A DNA stretch of 37,420 nt. Origin: Catajapyx aquilonaris. Its lineage: Eukaryota. A program made the position numbers and the translations under genes. The notes beneath the pieces were generated by a model, which had not been told where the DNA came from, searched no databases, and saw only the letters and a list, made by a program, of their open reading frames with translations. The DNA is taken from the NCBI GenBank assembly GCA_000934665.2, contig JYFJ02000936.1:62001-99420 (forward strand), in the 5' to 3' direction. Positions 12,994 through 26,571 of the stretch are shown here, piece by piece (within the stretch, counting starts at the first letter, position 1; each line of letters opens with the position of its first letter).

Positions 12994-13154
12994 CCTCCTG
13001 AGACCTGATGTCCAATATATTGAACATCAGCAAAAAAAGAAAAAAAAAGAAAAAAAAGAAGAAGAAAAAAAGGCGTCAACTGAAATTGACGCTTTTTTTT
13101 TGTTCGTTTTTTATTTACTGATGTCCAATATATTGGACATCAGGTCTCAGGAGG
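12994..13154. mobile_element. Foldback MITE with 37-bp TIRs, CC...GG termini and ATAT TSD (piggyBac-like architecture)
   Basis: ATAT|CCTCCTGAGACCTGATGTCCAATATATTGAACATCAG ... CTGATGTCCAATATATTGGACATCAGGTCTCAGGAGG|ATAT, with 36/37 TIR identity. The interior is an A-tract, a GCGTCAA/TTGACGC hairpin and a T-tract. Confidence 0.88.
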
Positions 13155-16100
13155 ATATACTTTCAGGAATTCATATGCTGCCTGAAAAGAATTATCTCCA
13201 TCGAGTCAGAATTTGATTTAAATAGAATGAGTTCATCATAATTGGTAACTTATATATTTTAATTGTTATTACAGTATACCCTTCAAATGAGCAACGTACT
13301 GTCATGCCCTTCAAATCTCCTTCAACGTAATTGGTGTATACTGTTGACTACTTATAACATTGCAACCACCTTTACATAACATTGGCCTGTAATCAAGTGC
13401 TTTCCTTTGTAATTAAATTTGCATGTCTTTTATTATGCAAGGTTTGTACGTTGCTTATTGTGTACCAGTCTAAAAATGGCAGAAGACATCGAGTCACATT
13501 TTTGTCGAAATTAACCCGTTTGTTTTGGGTTAGTACGCCTGCAAATGACAATGTTCCATCAGGTAAAGTGTATGTGTAGTTTTCGCGCTCTAATTTGCAT
13601 TGTACTGACGTACATCCTGAGACGCCACCTTTTTCTCCCAAAAGTACACCCCCGCCTCACCTTGACAGAAGCAATTTATAGACGACCTGAGCCTTAATTA
13701 CCGGCTCGTTATGCACTTTCCATCGCTCCCTATATATACGAGGGGCGCTTCTTTTTTTTTGCGATCTTCCTTAATCTAATGCAGGTGCAGAGTCTTCCGA
13801 TATGGCGATGTTGTGCAGGCAGAGCGAGTAGCGGTGCTGGATTAGATGGTATCTGATGTCTGGAGCTATGCGTTTGGTGGTGGTAAAAGGTGGTATGAGG
13901 AGTAGGGGGAGGGGGGTTAGATTAGCGGAAGTGAAGTGCGCATCTTCACCACGCTCCAACGAACCCGCTGGCCAACTGTGCCGCTCCTGGAGGCCTCGAG
14001 TCTTCGTCGCGTGGCTACTTATACCTCACACAAACAGCCCTCTTCCTTCCGTCCTTTTCCTTCCTTTTCCTATATGATGAGAAAAAGGCACTCGAAACCG
14101 ACTGCATGGACCTAAAGTCCTACCAACCGGTTGTAGCCTCGGGGAAAATTTCGCGAAGCACCAGGATCCGCATTGGGTTCGCACCTTATCCTGTCCGCCC
14201 ACGTCATTCTCGCCGCTGCCTTTTTTGCAAGTCAAATTTGCCATTTTGGCCGCCGGTTCCCACGGAAGTTTGGCACGACCAAGCAGCCGTAATGGAGCCA
14301 TGCCTCAGGAGGAAGAGAGAAAAAAAAAACATGCAGGAGTGGGTAGCTCATCATTTGCGCTACCTGATGATGTCAATGTCGGTGGTCCATTGGGTGGCCA
14401 CACTCATCAGTTTATTGCCAAAAGTTTGCATAACACCCACGTTAATTAAGTTATATGTCAGATTGCGACACTTCATTTTCGTTATAAAAATGGCGGATTC
14501 ACCTGGTGGTAGCGTCATGGTACTATATCCTAATGTCATTGGCGCCATTCTTTGTCGTCGTGTCTCAGACGTTTATTGCTGTTAGAACTAGGACACAAAG
14601 GATGTTTTTGATGGGGAGGACCTTGGGATGGAATGGATGGGTCTCTCTTACTTGAGGAGGAAATGGGCCTTCCGGTGGACTTCAGGCTCTGACCAACACG
14701 ATGGGCGGAGGTTGCTCTTTTTACCTTGATGAACCCAAGTGAAAGGAAGAGGCCCATCTTGGCCCCTGCCCCGTATCTCTCCGATGATAATGATGCCCCC
14801 CCCACCTCCCCCCCTGGACATTCCCAGGAAGACGTCTGATTAACAACAGTTTATTTCAGGGTGTGTTATGTGGACGTGCACTAGAACCGGATTTTTGTCA
14901 CAGGATCGCCGCCGTTTAATTACTTGTCTGAAGCAACGAGGATTGACACATATCCGGTCCCTATAAGTGCTGCAAGATAATTTGTATTAAGCTAATCTTT
15001 AAAAACTGTAATCATACAAGGGAACTTAAGACAAAATTTTGGCAGTTATTCATACCACTATAACATTTTTCTGGTCTACGGCCTGGTGGAGTTCATTAGT
15101 CCTAAATATTCATGATGAGCCAGCAATTCAAGATTTCTGTATTCGCTAGCAAAGCAAGTGCAAATATTTTCATTATGATTATATCACAAAATTGGTTTTA
15201 TGATGGACTTTGTGGAGTTCTCACTGAACTATATTCTGCTGATTTATCTGACTGTTGGTGGGCATGGCAATCGGGATGACTTGTAATGGGCCTTATGGCA
15301 TTCCCGTTTTGGCCCACTTTTTCGGGTGGCCCGTGCCCACAAAAGGGAGCCAATTGGCCCGGCGCAAATAGGAAGAGACCGCAGTGCGGTTGCGGGCTTC
15401 CCGGCTTCGATTGAGCGTGTCTAATGACCCCTCAGGTGACCTCAGACCCCTGCTGATCCTCTTGTCGGATCCTTTTTCTGAAAATGCCATTGTTTCCTGG
15501 TGGCATTTTTCCGGGGGCCAAAAGGCTCCATTTCTACTATTTCCAGAGGGTCGAGCAGCAGCACAACAGTATTTTTATAATTTATCGTTTTCCGGGGACT
15601 CTCCGACGTCCAAATTGCTGTTTTCAAACCGCGCTCCGAAGAAAATTCGTTGTTTCTTCGTTGGTCAGCCGCTAAACCTGAGGACTGTTATCCATCAGCT
15701 TGTCTTTCACTAATGAGAATTGGCTATGTTGACTACTCACTTCACGGTGTAATGTGCCTTGTTTTTCACCGCTTATTGGAGGCAAACCGAAAGCTATACA
15801 GGCAGCTACCGGCTGGTTAACAAGCGAATATGTAACCAAAGGCAACAATCCCAGTCGTTAGTGCTGACAACTGCAACTGTATGTGAACTAGAAAAGCGTG
15901 AATATGGCTCCGTGACCATATCGCCGAATATTATTGTGGGAATGGATTCCAGAGATTCCAATTTTGTTTTCTGGCTGAATAACGTGCCTTTCTGTGGCTT
16001 CTTCGCTGCATCAAGACGGCGGGGGGTTCCAGCAGGCCACGAAATGAAAAGGACAACCGAAAAGCAATATCATTCCCTTACGTTTTTTTTTTTCTCTTTC

Positions 16101-16891
16101 CTTTCCGAAACCGCTTTCCAATTATTTATGGCTCCATTTTTGTGTCCCGCACATTTTCTTGGCAAACGTGATCTTCTTCCAAGTCTCAAGGAGGAAGGTT
16201 TATTCCTCGGTGTCTTCTCACCATTATACAAGATGGAGACCTAACTTGATTAACATTGAACAATCTTCAGCTTCTCCTCCATGGAATGAACTCTTGGGCA
16301 GCGTGCTACACCCTGTACTTTTTGGGTCTGTTGCGAGGCAGCTCGCTGAGCCAATAAAGTTGTTATTACTAATGGAAAATATCCAATCTCCCTTGGCCTG
16401 GCTGCAAATTACCAGGAGACCCCCTGCTCTTAAAAATGGAGGGCAATTTCTAGCAATTTTCTCATAAGGCAGGGTGGGTGGAAGACGAAAGCTTCCATCG
16501 ATGGTTACCGCCCTTGGGTCACGCTCCGACTCTTTTTCCACCATACCCGCCTTCTGACTTGTCTTTATTGTCGTTTCGCAGTCTGACGTCACCAGGCCCA
16601 TTTCCGCTCGTAAAAACGGGTTCTCTTGCTTCGTTTTTTTTTTTCTTCTTCTTCTTTTACTAACCTTCACTTATTCGTGGCAGCAGCTCCAGCTCCTGAG
16701 GGAGTCAAAAGGGTGGCCATTTTGCTCCTGACTCTTGCACCCGCAAAATTGGTTCTCTTGATGCCCACGCACCCAATATATAGAGTGCCAGATGCTCAGC
16801 GAACTACTGAGGGTGGGTCAACACACGCGCTGATGTCAGAGACCTTACTATACCTGTACTATAAAGCCAACCTATAATACTATAAAAACAG

Positions 16892-17020
16892 TCTCTATAT
16901 TACATCAAAAGCAATGTTTGTTTGTACGTTCGTTCGTTCTTATGTTTGTTTGTTCATGTTTGGATACTATGGGCAACCTGTCTCTATATATGACAACCTG
17001 GTTTTCATGCAAACATTGGT
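16892..17020 (+). mobile_element. Helitron-like 5' end with (GTTT/GTTC)n microsatellite
   Basis: TCTCTATATTACATCAAAAGCAATGTTTGTTTGTACGTTCGTTCGTTC..., the same 5' architecture as the copies at 25050 and 26572. The 3' boundary was not identified. Confidence 0.5.
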
Positions 17021-19436
17021 GTGTTATTACGGACCACCATGTACTTGTACATCTATAGTGTCTCTGGACACGCATACCTTGCGTATCCTGATGTATGATT
17101 TAAAAACTTATAATTATGGCCGAAATTATGTTGAGGGTGTGGAGACTGGTTTTATGACAGGCTGGATGACAGGCATTTAGGATGGTGTCACAAATGAGTG
17201 GCCATGTATAACCCGGTGTTGTCTTCGTGAAAAGCCGTCACGTCGCGTCACAACGGGACGCGTCAAAAAAGGGGCAAGACAAAAAAAGTTGGTTCCCACA
17301 GCGTGGAGACCCCCAAAATTGTTGACAAAATAGGGGGATCGTCAAAAACATGCGGAGGCAGCAAAAGGATGCTGGACCGGAGTTGATTTTTGTGGCACGG
17401 CAAAACGTGTGTTTCGATTTCGTCACGGAGAATCGACGCCTTTTTGGTACGCACGTTGTGGAAACAAATTTCATAGCATGTAACCACGTTTCACGCTCCA
17501 CGTAATATCTGTAATCTAAACATTGGTGTCCTGATACACCTGACCGAGTGAGTACTCTCTAAATCACTTTACTTATTATCACATCGGTGCAGCAGGATGG
17601 ACGAGGCGGAGGATTGTTCGCCCCAGCAACGACTTCCAAAGAAAAGAAAAATCATGCGAAGTAACTGAAAAAAATATTTCTACTTATGCTTATTGTCACG
17701 TATATTTTATGTTTAAGAGTCTTTATTCTATTTACGTTTTATTGAATATTTGGAGTGAGTATTTCCTCCACATAATTCATACAGGATGTGTCTTATGTGT
17801 AAGTGAAAACTACTCATAAAGTTGCACTAGAAGTTGTAATTTTTCATTATTTCATTTTCAAAAACCGATATTTCATTCTAAAAGTAGTGTAAAAGTCAGT
17901 GCCGACAATATTCAAAAAATGATATCATTTATTAAATCTATTCAGTATGCAATTTGGTATATTTATAATTTATTTATGCGTATGATTTCTTTGTTTATAT
18001 ATTAATAATTTACTTTCATATATTTCAACTGGAGTAATATGGCCACTTTCTCTACTCTGATATATACGAAGCTAAATAATTTGACAAAGTGAAATACCTG
18101 GACGTCCCTTCACGCTTTACATTTCTAATGCACAAATGCACCCTAATTAATCAAGCTCTTTCGTAGAAGCCGACCTGGAGACGGTCGAATGGCGATAGTC
18201 GGAAACTAGGTGGCTCATGCTTCGCGTTTAAAAAAAAAAAGAAAAGAGAGAGACAGAGAGAGAAGTGGACAGACCATGAAGGCTAACAATTAGAGCAGAG
18301 TCTGCTCCACCTGGCAGCAATTGTCACTGCAGGTCACCTTTTCAATTGGTCGATTGTGTTCCAGGATAAGAATCGGGCCGCGGTAATGATAACAATGGCG
18401 GCGGCTTTGTTTGCTCAATTTCACAGTCGGAAGGGGGGGAAGGCTGCTGGTGACATAACTCGGCATGAATAATTTTGCCACGTGTTATGTATAGTCAGCA
18501 ATCAAGAACAACAGGGCAACGGTGCTGATGCAGAAGCATTTCCTTTCCTCGTAATTTCTTTTTTTTTTTCAATTTTCCACTTTTTTTCCTTGATGATTTT
18601 CCACACGATTTACCCACAAATCGCGGTTCTCACACATGAAAAAAAACGCTGCCTTCTCATTCGTGCGTTCAATTTTTCTCGACGGCCAGGGACTAAAATA
18701 ATGCACCTTTTACACGTTATTTTTGTACACGTCTAATTCAAATGCACGGCGTTATGCAATAACGAATCAATCCACACGAGAACAGTTTTGAGAAAAATGA
18801 ATTAAAGTGAAATTAATTCAGTGACCTTTTCGGTCAATGATGGCACGAGAAGTATGCAGATTTCACCAGATTGATTTTAACTGAATGAAGTGTACGATCC
18901 TTTGGGTATATACGTATATATTCTTTGACATTTTTTGTGGGTTGACACATTATTGCATAGCACCTTCAAATTCTCGGATGGCGAGATGGAAACCAAGCCT
19001 TGCAGTTTCCGGTCTAATTTTCTGAGATTTTGGGCCATAATGTGCAGAATATTAGCCAAAAAATCGACTGATTTGTATATGTATATTTGCAGAGTGTTAG
19101 ATGAAGTGCCAAACAATACTGAAATGTTTACTGTCAAGTCAATCCATGCGTATAGGCTTTATCTATACGCACTTGTTTAACCACAGATCTAATCTGACGA
19201 TGAAAGGTGTCCTTCGCTCCCTATCAAAAAAGTAGGCTCCAACGGTGCGTAGCAGCAACTATGCAATAAAGGCAAACGATTTCGCAGAAATTGATGATCA
19301 AACGTGGGCCGTGGGTGGTTGTATAAAAAGATAGAGAGGGGCGGGGCCCGTTTGGCAGGTAAAGTCCATAGTTTGTTAGGTGTACCCTTCACGGGTGGGA
19401 TCTTTGCTGTTTGCTGAACAAGAGGAAGGGGGTGTA

Positions 19437-19513
19437 CAAGGTGTGTCGCAATAATTTTAGGCTAAATTCAAGGGGTAAGTTCCGTTGGGTTTGAATAATA
19501 ACGAAACACCTTG
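19437..19513. mobile_element. Minimal 77-bp Tc1/mariner-type MITE, TA TSD
   Basis: TA|CAAGGTGTGTCGCAATAATT ... AATAATAACGAAACACCTTG|TA; imperfect TIR of about 20 bp, with TA on both sides. Confidence 0.7.
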
Positions 19514-20584
19514 TACAGAGAGAGAGGCGCTGGAGCATGAGGCGGAGGGTAAATAGGCAGGATCAACATTAGCGCCGTTCTGCATGGCTGGAATTCCTCC
19601 TCCTCCTCCGCTCCTCCTTGCTCATTTTCAAATTACACGCTGGCCTTTGCACAATTGGACACGTCCCGACTAACAGGATCGCCCCTTCCAAAAAAAAAAA
19701 AAATGCCTTTTTGCCTCTACCTCAACTAACTGCAAACAGAATCGGCTCGGTTTTCCTCAAGTTCCACACCAAGAAATAATGGGAGGGGAACCAAGGAGCT
19801 CAACAATGGAGATTCAATTCGAATCTATTCTGCTCTGTTGATGGGCCCGATTTGCACCTTTTTCTTGGGTGTGTAATACGCTGATGTCCCCCCATAAATC
19901 AAGGGTAGGTATTTACGGTACTTGATCCATCGCTCTCTTTTCATCGAGGCCTTTTCCATCAATCGTGTGTATACACAATGCGCTCGGACAACGAGCCAAT
20001 GGACTTTCAATCAAGCCACGTGTAAGATAGTCATGTTTGCAATTTTTACACTGTTATGTGCTAATGACCTAGTGTCACGTGGATACCTTCAGCGCGGTTG
20101 ATGAGCCTGGAAATATGTGTTCAAGTTTCGTACAGTTCAAGGTTGAAAATCACTTAACACGACTTCAGTACAGTACACTACAGTAACAAATATAAAGAGA
20201 AGCAAATTGTTGCTGCACTGAACAGTGAACAATCCAACACGTGAAGAGGTGCTTTGTGTCCTCAGCATCTTTTCTTTCACATATTACAAGCAAGGGTGCC
20301 GTGCATTGTAGCAGCATTATTGTTGGGCTGACAAGAGTGTTGAATGTACCTCTCATTATGCCCCTGAGAAGAAGACCGCGAGGTGCGTGATGAAGAGGAA
20401 AAAGGGGGCAAGACGCTACTGATTGGCTCTTGTTTCTCCTGCACTGAAAGCACAATTCCCCTGGTGTTTTACGACCTGGCACACTCTTTGAAGCCACGGG
20501 GATTGCCGCACTTAAACGGGCATAAAACGCAACTGCTTTGCTTATAAGTTGCAGGGCGAGGTTCACGTCACAGGTCACGATACA

Positions 20585-20865
20585 CAGGGTGTACCGCAAT
20601 GACTGCGACAAACTTCCGAGGATCACTTCATGTATAAGAAATTACATTTGATCTCATCAGCCTTGTTACCCAGATAATCGACTTCAATCACTAGGAATCA
20701 AATAATATTTGTAGCTAATAGTAAAGCAACTAACTGTTCAAAAATAAATTGCTTATGGAGAAAAAATCTCTCACAAAAATGCATCACGTTTGATTAAAGT
20801 TAATTATTAGAACCTGTATATAAAGTGATTTTCTGATTCATCATGGACAATTTTGACACACCCTG
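20585..20865. mobile_element. Degenerate CAGGGTG-terminated MITE
   Basis: CAGGGTGT ... ACACCCTG termini enclose an AT-rich interior and are flanked by TACA on both sides. It shares the internal AAACTT..GAGGATCACTT motif with 33399-33613. Confidence 0.55.
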
Positions 20866-23800
20866 TACACTGTGGGATATGGGTCGTACCTACAGGGGCC
20901 TGCCATCCACCAATCAGATCCCAAGATAGCTTGCTATTTACGACCTGGATACACGGTGCGATTGATTAATTGGTGGTGAACAGTAGGAATATTGCATCCC
21001 ACAGCACAGGAGGTTTATTTATGAGATCGTAGTTGACTTCCAGAAAAACAAACTTTGAGTGTACCCCCCACCTGCTGCTGTATATACCTGAGGGGGTCAG
21101 AGGTCTCCGAAAAAAGGAGGTCACAGCCAGGTGATGAATGGTCTTATTTATTACGCGCTCCATATACTGATGTGTTCTTTGCCCTAATTTTTTCCCCTCT
21201 TTTTATGCTGATGTGGATATCACCGCTAGCGTTGTCGGGTACTAAAACCTCAGATCCTATCTGTTTAACCCCAGGTATGTTTTTTTTCTCTCTCTCTCAG
21301 ATTAGATTCCTTGATAGGTGCACACTCAACACAGGGAAGTTGAGATTTAAGAGATGTCCGATGAAATTCCTGATGGCCGATTTGGACTTGATTGCTCGTG
21401 CTGGGTCTGATAAAGTTCTGTTACTTTCCACTAATGCTACACGTTTATGTTTATGTCGTTTTATCCGGCTCTGATCTTCTGCCTTGGTTCGATAGATAAC
21501 CAATGGATTTTGAGTCAGGACAAGGCGTGTAATTAGTGCTCTGTTGAGAATATGAAGTGATTGAGTGTACAGGGTGACTACAAAATAATAAGGCGGCGCC
21601 ATTCGTCAGTTCATATTAATTGCTGGCGACTTCCAGCACACGGGTCAATTGAGATTGGATGCCTATAGCTTGGGGCTATCCTTTCAATGCTGGCTTCTCA
21701 TTATAGGAAGAATAAACTAACAGACTTTTAGTTTACCTTCTCCGAGAATGTCTTCTAATTAATATATTAAAAGAAAATTCCATTTCAAGAAGGTGATATG
21801 CATATGAAGCATTTTAGCGTCAGAGTGAGCTGTATTGAATTAATTTCATTTATTAACACTGCACTAATTTACTATAGGTGAATTCCAACAGACGTTGATT
21901 TACTTTCGCATCCAAGCCGCGAGCCCAATTTGAAATTTCCCTCTGTACCATCATCATAGTCATCATCATCAATCATTATGTCTGGCCATATCTACAACAC
22001 AATTCACCAGAAATGTCTATTCCTCTGGCAAGTTTTCGCAGTTGACTGCCAGTACAGTTGAAAAATAAATAAATGCGAAGAATTTGATAAATAATTTTGT
22101 TCAGAGAAGAACATAACCTTTTTGGATGAAATAGACAATATTATTGTCAAAAGATATTGTGGCGAGAGGTTGCTTATAAGTCACCAACTGTAAAAACATT
22201 TTCTTGCGAATTAAAAAAAAAAAAACAATTCGTGGATGCCGGCTTTCAGTCGTTACCGTTCCAGCAGCAAAATGAACCCATTCGTTGTCACAACAATATA
22301 ATGATTTGTGAAGCGCACGCCTCGGCCTTTGTCTCCGGCTCCAAATGACCCAAGAACATGCACCCGAAACCCACCCACACGTCCGAAAATGGAGCGACAG
22401 TAAAAGACTTTTCCCTTGCACTACCCCAAGAAAATCACAGGTTTCACTGATTTTAACTCCGGAACAAATAGCACCACCGTGAAGCATGATGAAGACATTA
22501 AGGCCGGTCCGGGTCGGTCTTTTATTTTCCCATTACCAGGTCCGATGAGGGTCAGAGGTTGTGCACTAAAAAAAACTGAAATAAAAATTCAGGAAGCCCC
22601 CTGGTTGCAATTGCCGACGATCGTTATACCTTCAAAGGGGTCTACCGGTGATTTAAAGGAAGATCTTGCATTTTTTCTCTCTCTTCTCATTTTCCAAAGG
22701 GCGGCTGTATGGGTTTCCCTCCAAAGGACCAGATTGGGCAACCCCCACCATATCCCCCAAACCCTGCAATTACCCGGACGTATATTTCTCCCCTCCTGTT
22801 GCTAACCATATTTCTCCATCCCCTGCTGCTGGCTGCGCCCCATGTTAGAAGAAGAGAAGCTACATGACCTCCAAGCACACACAGGCACGCACTTGCGGAC
22901 CTTCATCTGTCTCTAAAAGATCTTCTCTTTTACATCGTCGGCCTTTATTTTAACGGAGAGGATCTGTCAAGTCTGACTGACGGCGAATATGTGCCAGCAG
23001 CCATTTATCAAGTATTTATTTTTGCAGGTGTCGTGTTATCAAACTTTTTTTTTGTTGGTCTCACCCTTATTTAACCAACTTGCGCAACTTGTGGGCGTTG
23101 TGTTACAGCTACTAAGGAGACGTGTGTTGCGAAATTCATATCCGGCCTTTCCATATGGACCAACTTTTTGTGAATATGATCCCGAAATTATCGTAAAATT
23201 GCTCTTACAGAAAAATTATTTGATCATCAAACAGCACTTGGTGAACGTGATTGAAGAAAAAAAAATCTATAATATTTGAAAATTAAGCAAATGCTTTTGT
23301 TCTATAATGTTGAAGCTGTTATGTGAGAGAGTATTTAAACTGAAGCAAAATAAGATCTGTGCTAAGTATGCTAACAAATGTGGAATGTAATTTCCTTATC
23401 AATGATCAATCAATCAGTCCTTATCAACAGTGCAATTATTGTAATCATTTACTCTAAACTCGTTGCAAATAATAGTGTATTGTCAACTGTGTGTCACCAA
23501 AATATATTGAAATCCAAGTGCAGTATGTAAATACTGTAAGTATAATTAATGCATTTAAAGATACCTCCAGAAGCTTCAAAATGACTGCAATACATGATCT
23601 CCTGAGGGTATATCTTCATTTTTTACGAGCTAACTCAATTTGCAATATCTGAACCAGATGATAGGGCGGTAAATGCATGAGTGCGGCTGTAAAATTATAC
23701 TGACACTATTACAGCTGGTGTGAATTTTTCTATGTTTTGCCGCGAGAGAAAAAAAGCATGTTAAACAGCCCGGTTTTACAAACTCAAATCGGATTTACAC

Positions 23801-23899
23801 TATTGACACTAAAATCCGGCGTAATTAATGCAAATATCCCTAAAGTCATTAAACGTTGTAAATAAGTTATTCATCTCGTCCCATGTCATAACATGTATA

Positions 23900-24093
23900 C
23901 AGGGTGTACGCTCTACAAGTTTCAAGTTCAAAGAGTGATAAGGGAATTGTTTGGTTTAGTAACCTGTTTAAAAGAGCAGCAAATATCACGGAAGGTATTG
24001 TTGACATAAACACGCGGCCTGCTTTAAAAAAATTCTGAGTTATTATGAGTCAAACAATTTTTGGATTTGGAACTTGGGCAGCGAATCACCCTG
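23900..24093. mobile_element. Tc1/mariner-type MITE, 194 bp
   Basis: TA|CAGGGTGTACGCTCTACAAGTTTCAAGTTC on the left; the right end reverse-complements to CAGGGTGATTCGCTGCCCAAGTTCCAAATCC. Same family as 3443-3526. Confidence 0.7.
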
Positions 24094-24807
24094 TTACAGG
24101 TTACATCTCAATAATCATAAAAGCACACGTCCTTGAGTAAGGCACAAGTCTAATTTTGTTTTTTGTTTTAAAATGAGAAAAAAACACGCTTTTAGTAATT
24201 TTACACAACCAGGTGTGACTTTTGCTTTACAAACGTGCCAAAGACTGCCCATCCCAAAATAAAAAAACAACAATATATATGGGCCATAACTTTTTTTCCG
24301 GTAGTGACCCACTTTTTTTTGAAGTTTTCAGAGGTGCAAATTGCTGGTGAGGAGTCCAACACGGTTGGATTACGTAATTAGATCATAATATTCATTAAAT
24401 ATGCCCGACTCGAAATGAGTAAGTCAGACTAGGTGTTAGACAATCATAAAAAGTATGATGAAATTGAGCGATTTATCAAGTCTCGAATTTATTTAAATTT
24501 TGTTCAGACTTAACTTATTCCACCTAATACCAGTAGCAGTTTAAAAACAAGCAGCTTATCGCCTCTGTATGTTTGTAGCTTTGAGGTCAGTTGAAGCGAT
24601 GGCAGGTCATGGCAAAGTTGCTGAAAAGGTGCGGGTTAGATATAAGGGGGTATGTGTTGGATGGATGGGGTGGGCCAAATTTATTTGCAGGGCATAAATC
24701 GTGGGCTCAAATTATCCCGTAACCCTTTGCCCTGGATGCCAGATGCCCCGTGGCGCCGGTTTGATGCTCACCGCACCTGCTGCCATCCAACTACCACTAA
24801 AGCACCG

Positions 24808-24828
24808 TCTTCTTCTTCTTCTTCTTCT
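24808..24828. repeat. (TCT)7 microsatellite
   Basis: Read directly from the sequence. Confidence 0.9.
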
Positions 24829-25049
24829 TTTGCCAGAAGGTAGGAGGGGGGGTTTGTATGGGCCTGCTGACCTTTTTTTTCTGTAAAGTCATCACGAAAG
24901 TTCATTTGGCGATTCCATCGGCCTTAAATTTTGTTAAAGAAAAAGCTACCTGATCAACAGGGTGGAGCACAGATGTTCAAAGAGTTTGAATTTGGCAGGA
25001 TTTTAATTATGTAGTGATTTAAAGGTAATGATATTGTCAATAGTGCCAA

Positions 25050-25240
25050 TCTCATGTATACATAAAGCAGAAAGAATGTTTGTTTGTATATATTTCGGAT
25101 ACCTAACCCACTTCCACACCTCTGAGAGTACTGAAACTTGGCACACTCATGGCGTACGTGCAGCTGATAGAGGAAAAAGTCCTAAAACTGCATTTTTTTT
25201 TTGAGTCTAAATGCCTAAAATTTAGGATATTTGCGTGCAT
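25050..25240 (+). mobile_element. Non-autonomous Helitron-like repeat, copy B
   Basis: A|TC start, AAAGCAGAAAGAATGTTTGTTTGT, TACCTAACCCACTTCC..CTGAGAGTACTGAAACTTGG and AAAAGTCCTAAAACTG..TTTGAGTCTAAA; homologous to 10344-10518. No terminal CTAG seen. Confidence 0.7.
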
Positions 25241-26571
25241 TGCATAAGGAACAGAGGAGGTGTCCAATTAGGGTTAAGCTGAACCGCTCCCTGAATTAAT
25301 TGGCGATGTTGACTAATCAGAATTTGTCAGGCGGCGTCCTTGGGTGTCCCTCTCGAAGGTTACCCTTTTGTGGCTAGTGGACCCCCAGTTTCTGGTAACG
25401 ACCTATTAGTCTGCAAGCTCAGTCATTGGGAGGTGGCGGCACAGGCACACCGCCATGTACCGGCTCGAATTTATAAGACAAAAAAACAACAACAAAGAGG
25501 CGAGGATTGGCATGCAGTCCTCCCCATTGGCAATTTAGGGAAAGGGGAGAGATGCCCATACCTCTTCTGGCCTACTAACAAGTGATGCTACACACACGGG
25601 GCCCTTTGTTCCGGCCTATTACCTGCCCCGAAGGTGGCGTAAGGAGGGGGCCTTTAGCGCCAGATTGCCCACCTTAGTTATACCTCACAAACAGGAGGAG
25701 AAGGACATTCCTCCCTGCGTGTCATAACCTTAACGATGCCTTCTTGACATTGTTGCTTGGCAGACCAAATTGGGACCAAAAGTCGGCGCTTCGAAATGGG
25801 CACTTCCAGTTAATTAGAGGTTGTAACCTGTCCACAAGAGGATCGGGGTCGTCAGAAAAAAAATCAGCTGTAAATGAGCAATTAAATTATTCGTTGAATC
25901 ATACTGTACAACTTGCTGGGATCCTTCCATATCCTGAATCGAATCTCACTCGCCACCTCACGATTACCGCATTCACACCCGGGGTGGAAAGGAACAATAT
26001 TAATGTCCTCGAGAGCACGCAATCAGCGTGTATAGTGGCGAGAGCATGTGAAGTATTATAAAAAATGGGAGTTGAAGGAGCAAGCTGTGTAAGAACACAC
26101 GAAAGAGTTTGCATGGTACGATAACATCAAAGGGGTCATCATCAAGGCAGGCAGGCATCATCCGGAGAGACCACTGGCCGCGAGAAGGGACATATTTCTC
26201 TCTCGTTGAAAATATGAGTTATCGCCTGATCGCCCCCCTACAGGTAGCAACCTACATATACCACCTAGACTAATTACGGATTCACAGCCAGTTGCCCGAC
26301 CCCTCCGGATACGCCTTTCTCCAAAACCCATTCAGCACCTTACATATCGTGCCGAAAAGTATAGGAGTTATTAATCGCCAAAAAGGGAGAAAAAAACCCA
26401 AACTTGAAATAAAAAACGAAGCACAGTATGGAAATCCACCATTTTAAAAAAAACTAAAAGTGATATTACAAAGAGACATCAAAAATGATAAATAAATATC
26501 TGGAATATCGGAAATCATATTATGATTCGAATAATCTTCAGTAAAAATGGGAAACACACATAATTATAATA

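Noticed and set aside
14026..16670. ORFs of 148-161 aa (14106-14585, 15759-16244, 16224-16670)
   Set aside because: They run through homopolymer tracts and resemble no known protein; these lengths are expected by chance with alternative starts.
21121..21130. TCACAGCCAG, resembling the 5' end of the miR-2 family
   Set aside because: The 3' part diverges and no complementary arm is evident.
23558..23616. Weak inverted similarity (AAGATACCTCCAG / CTGAGGGTATATCTT) recalling the 12994 foldback ends
   Set aside because: Too degenerate to distinguish from chance.
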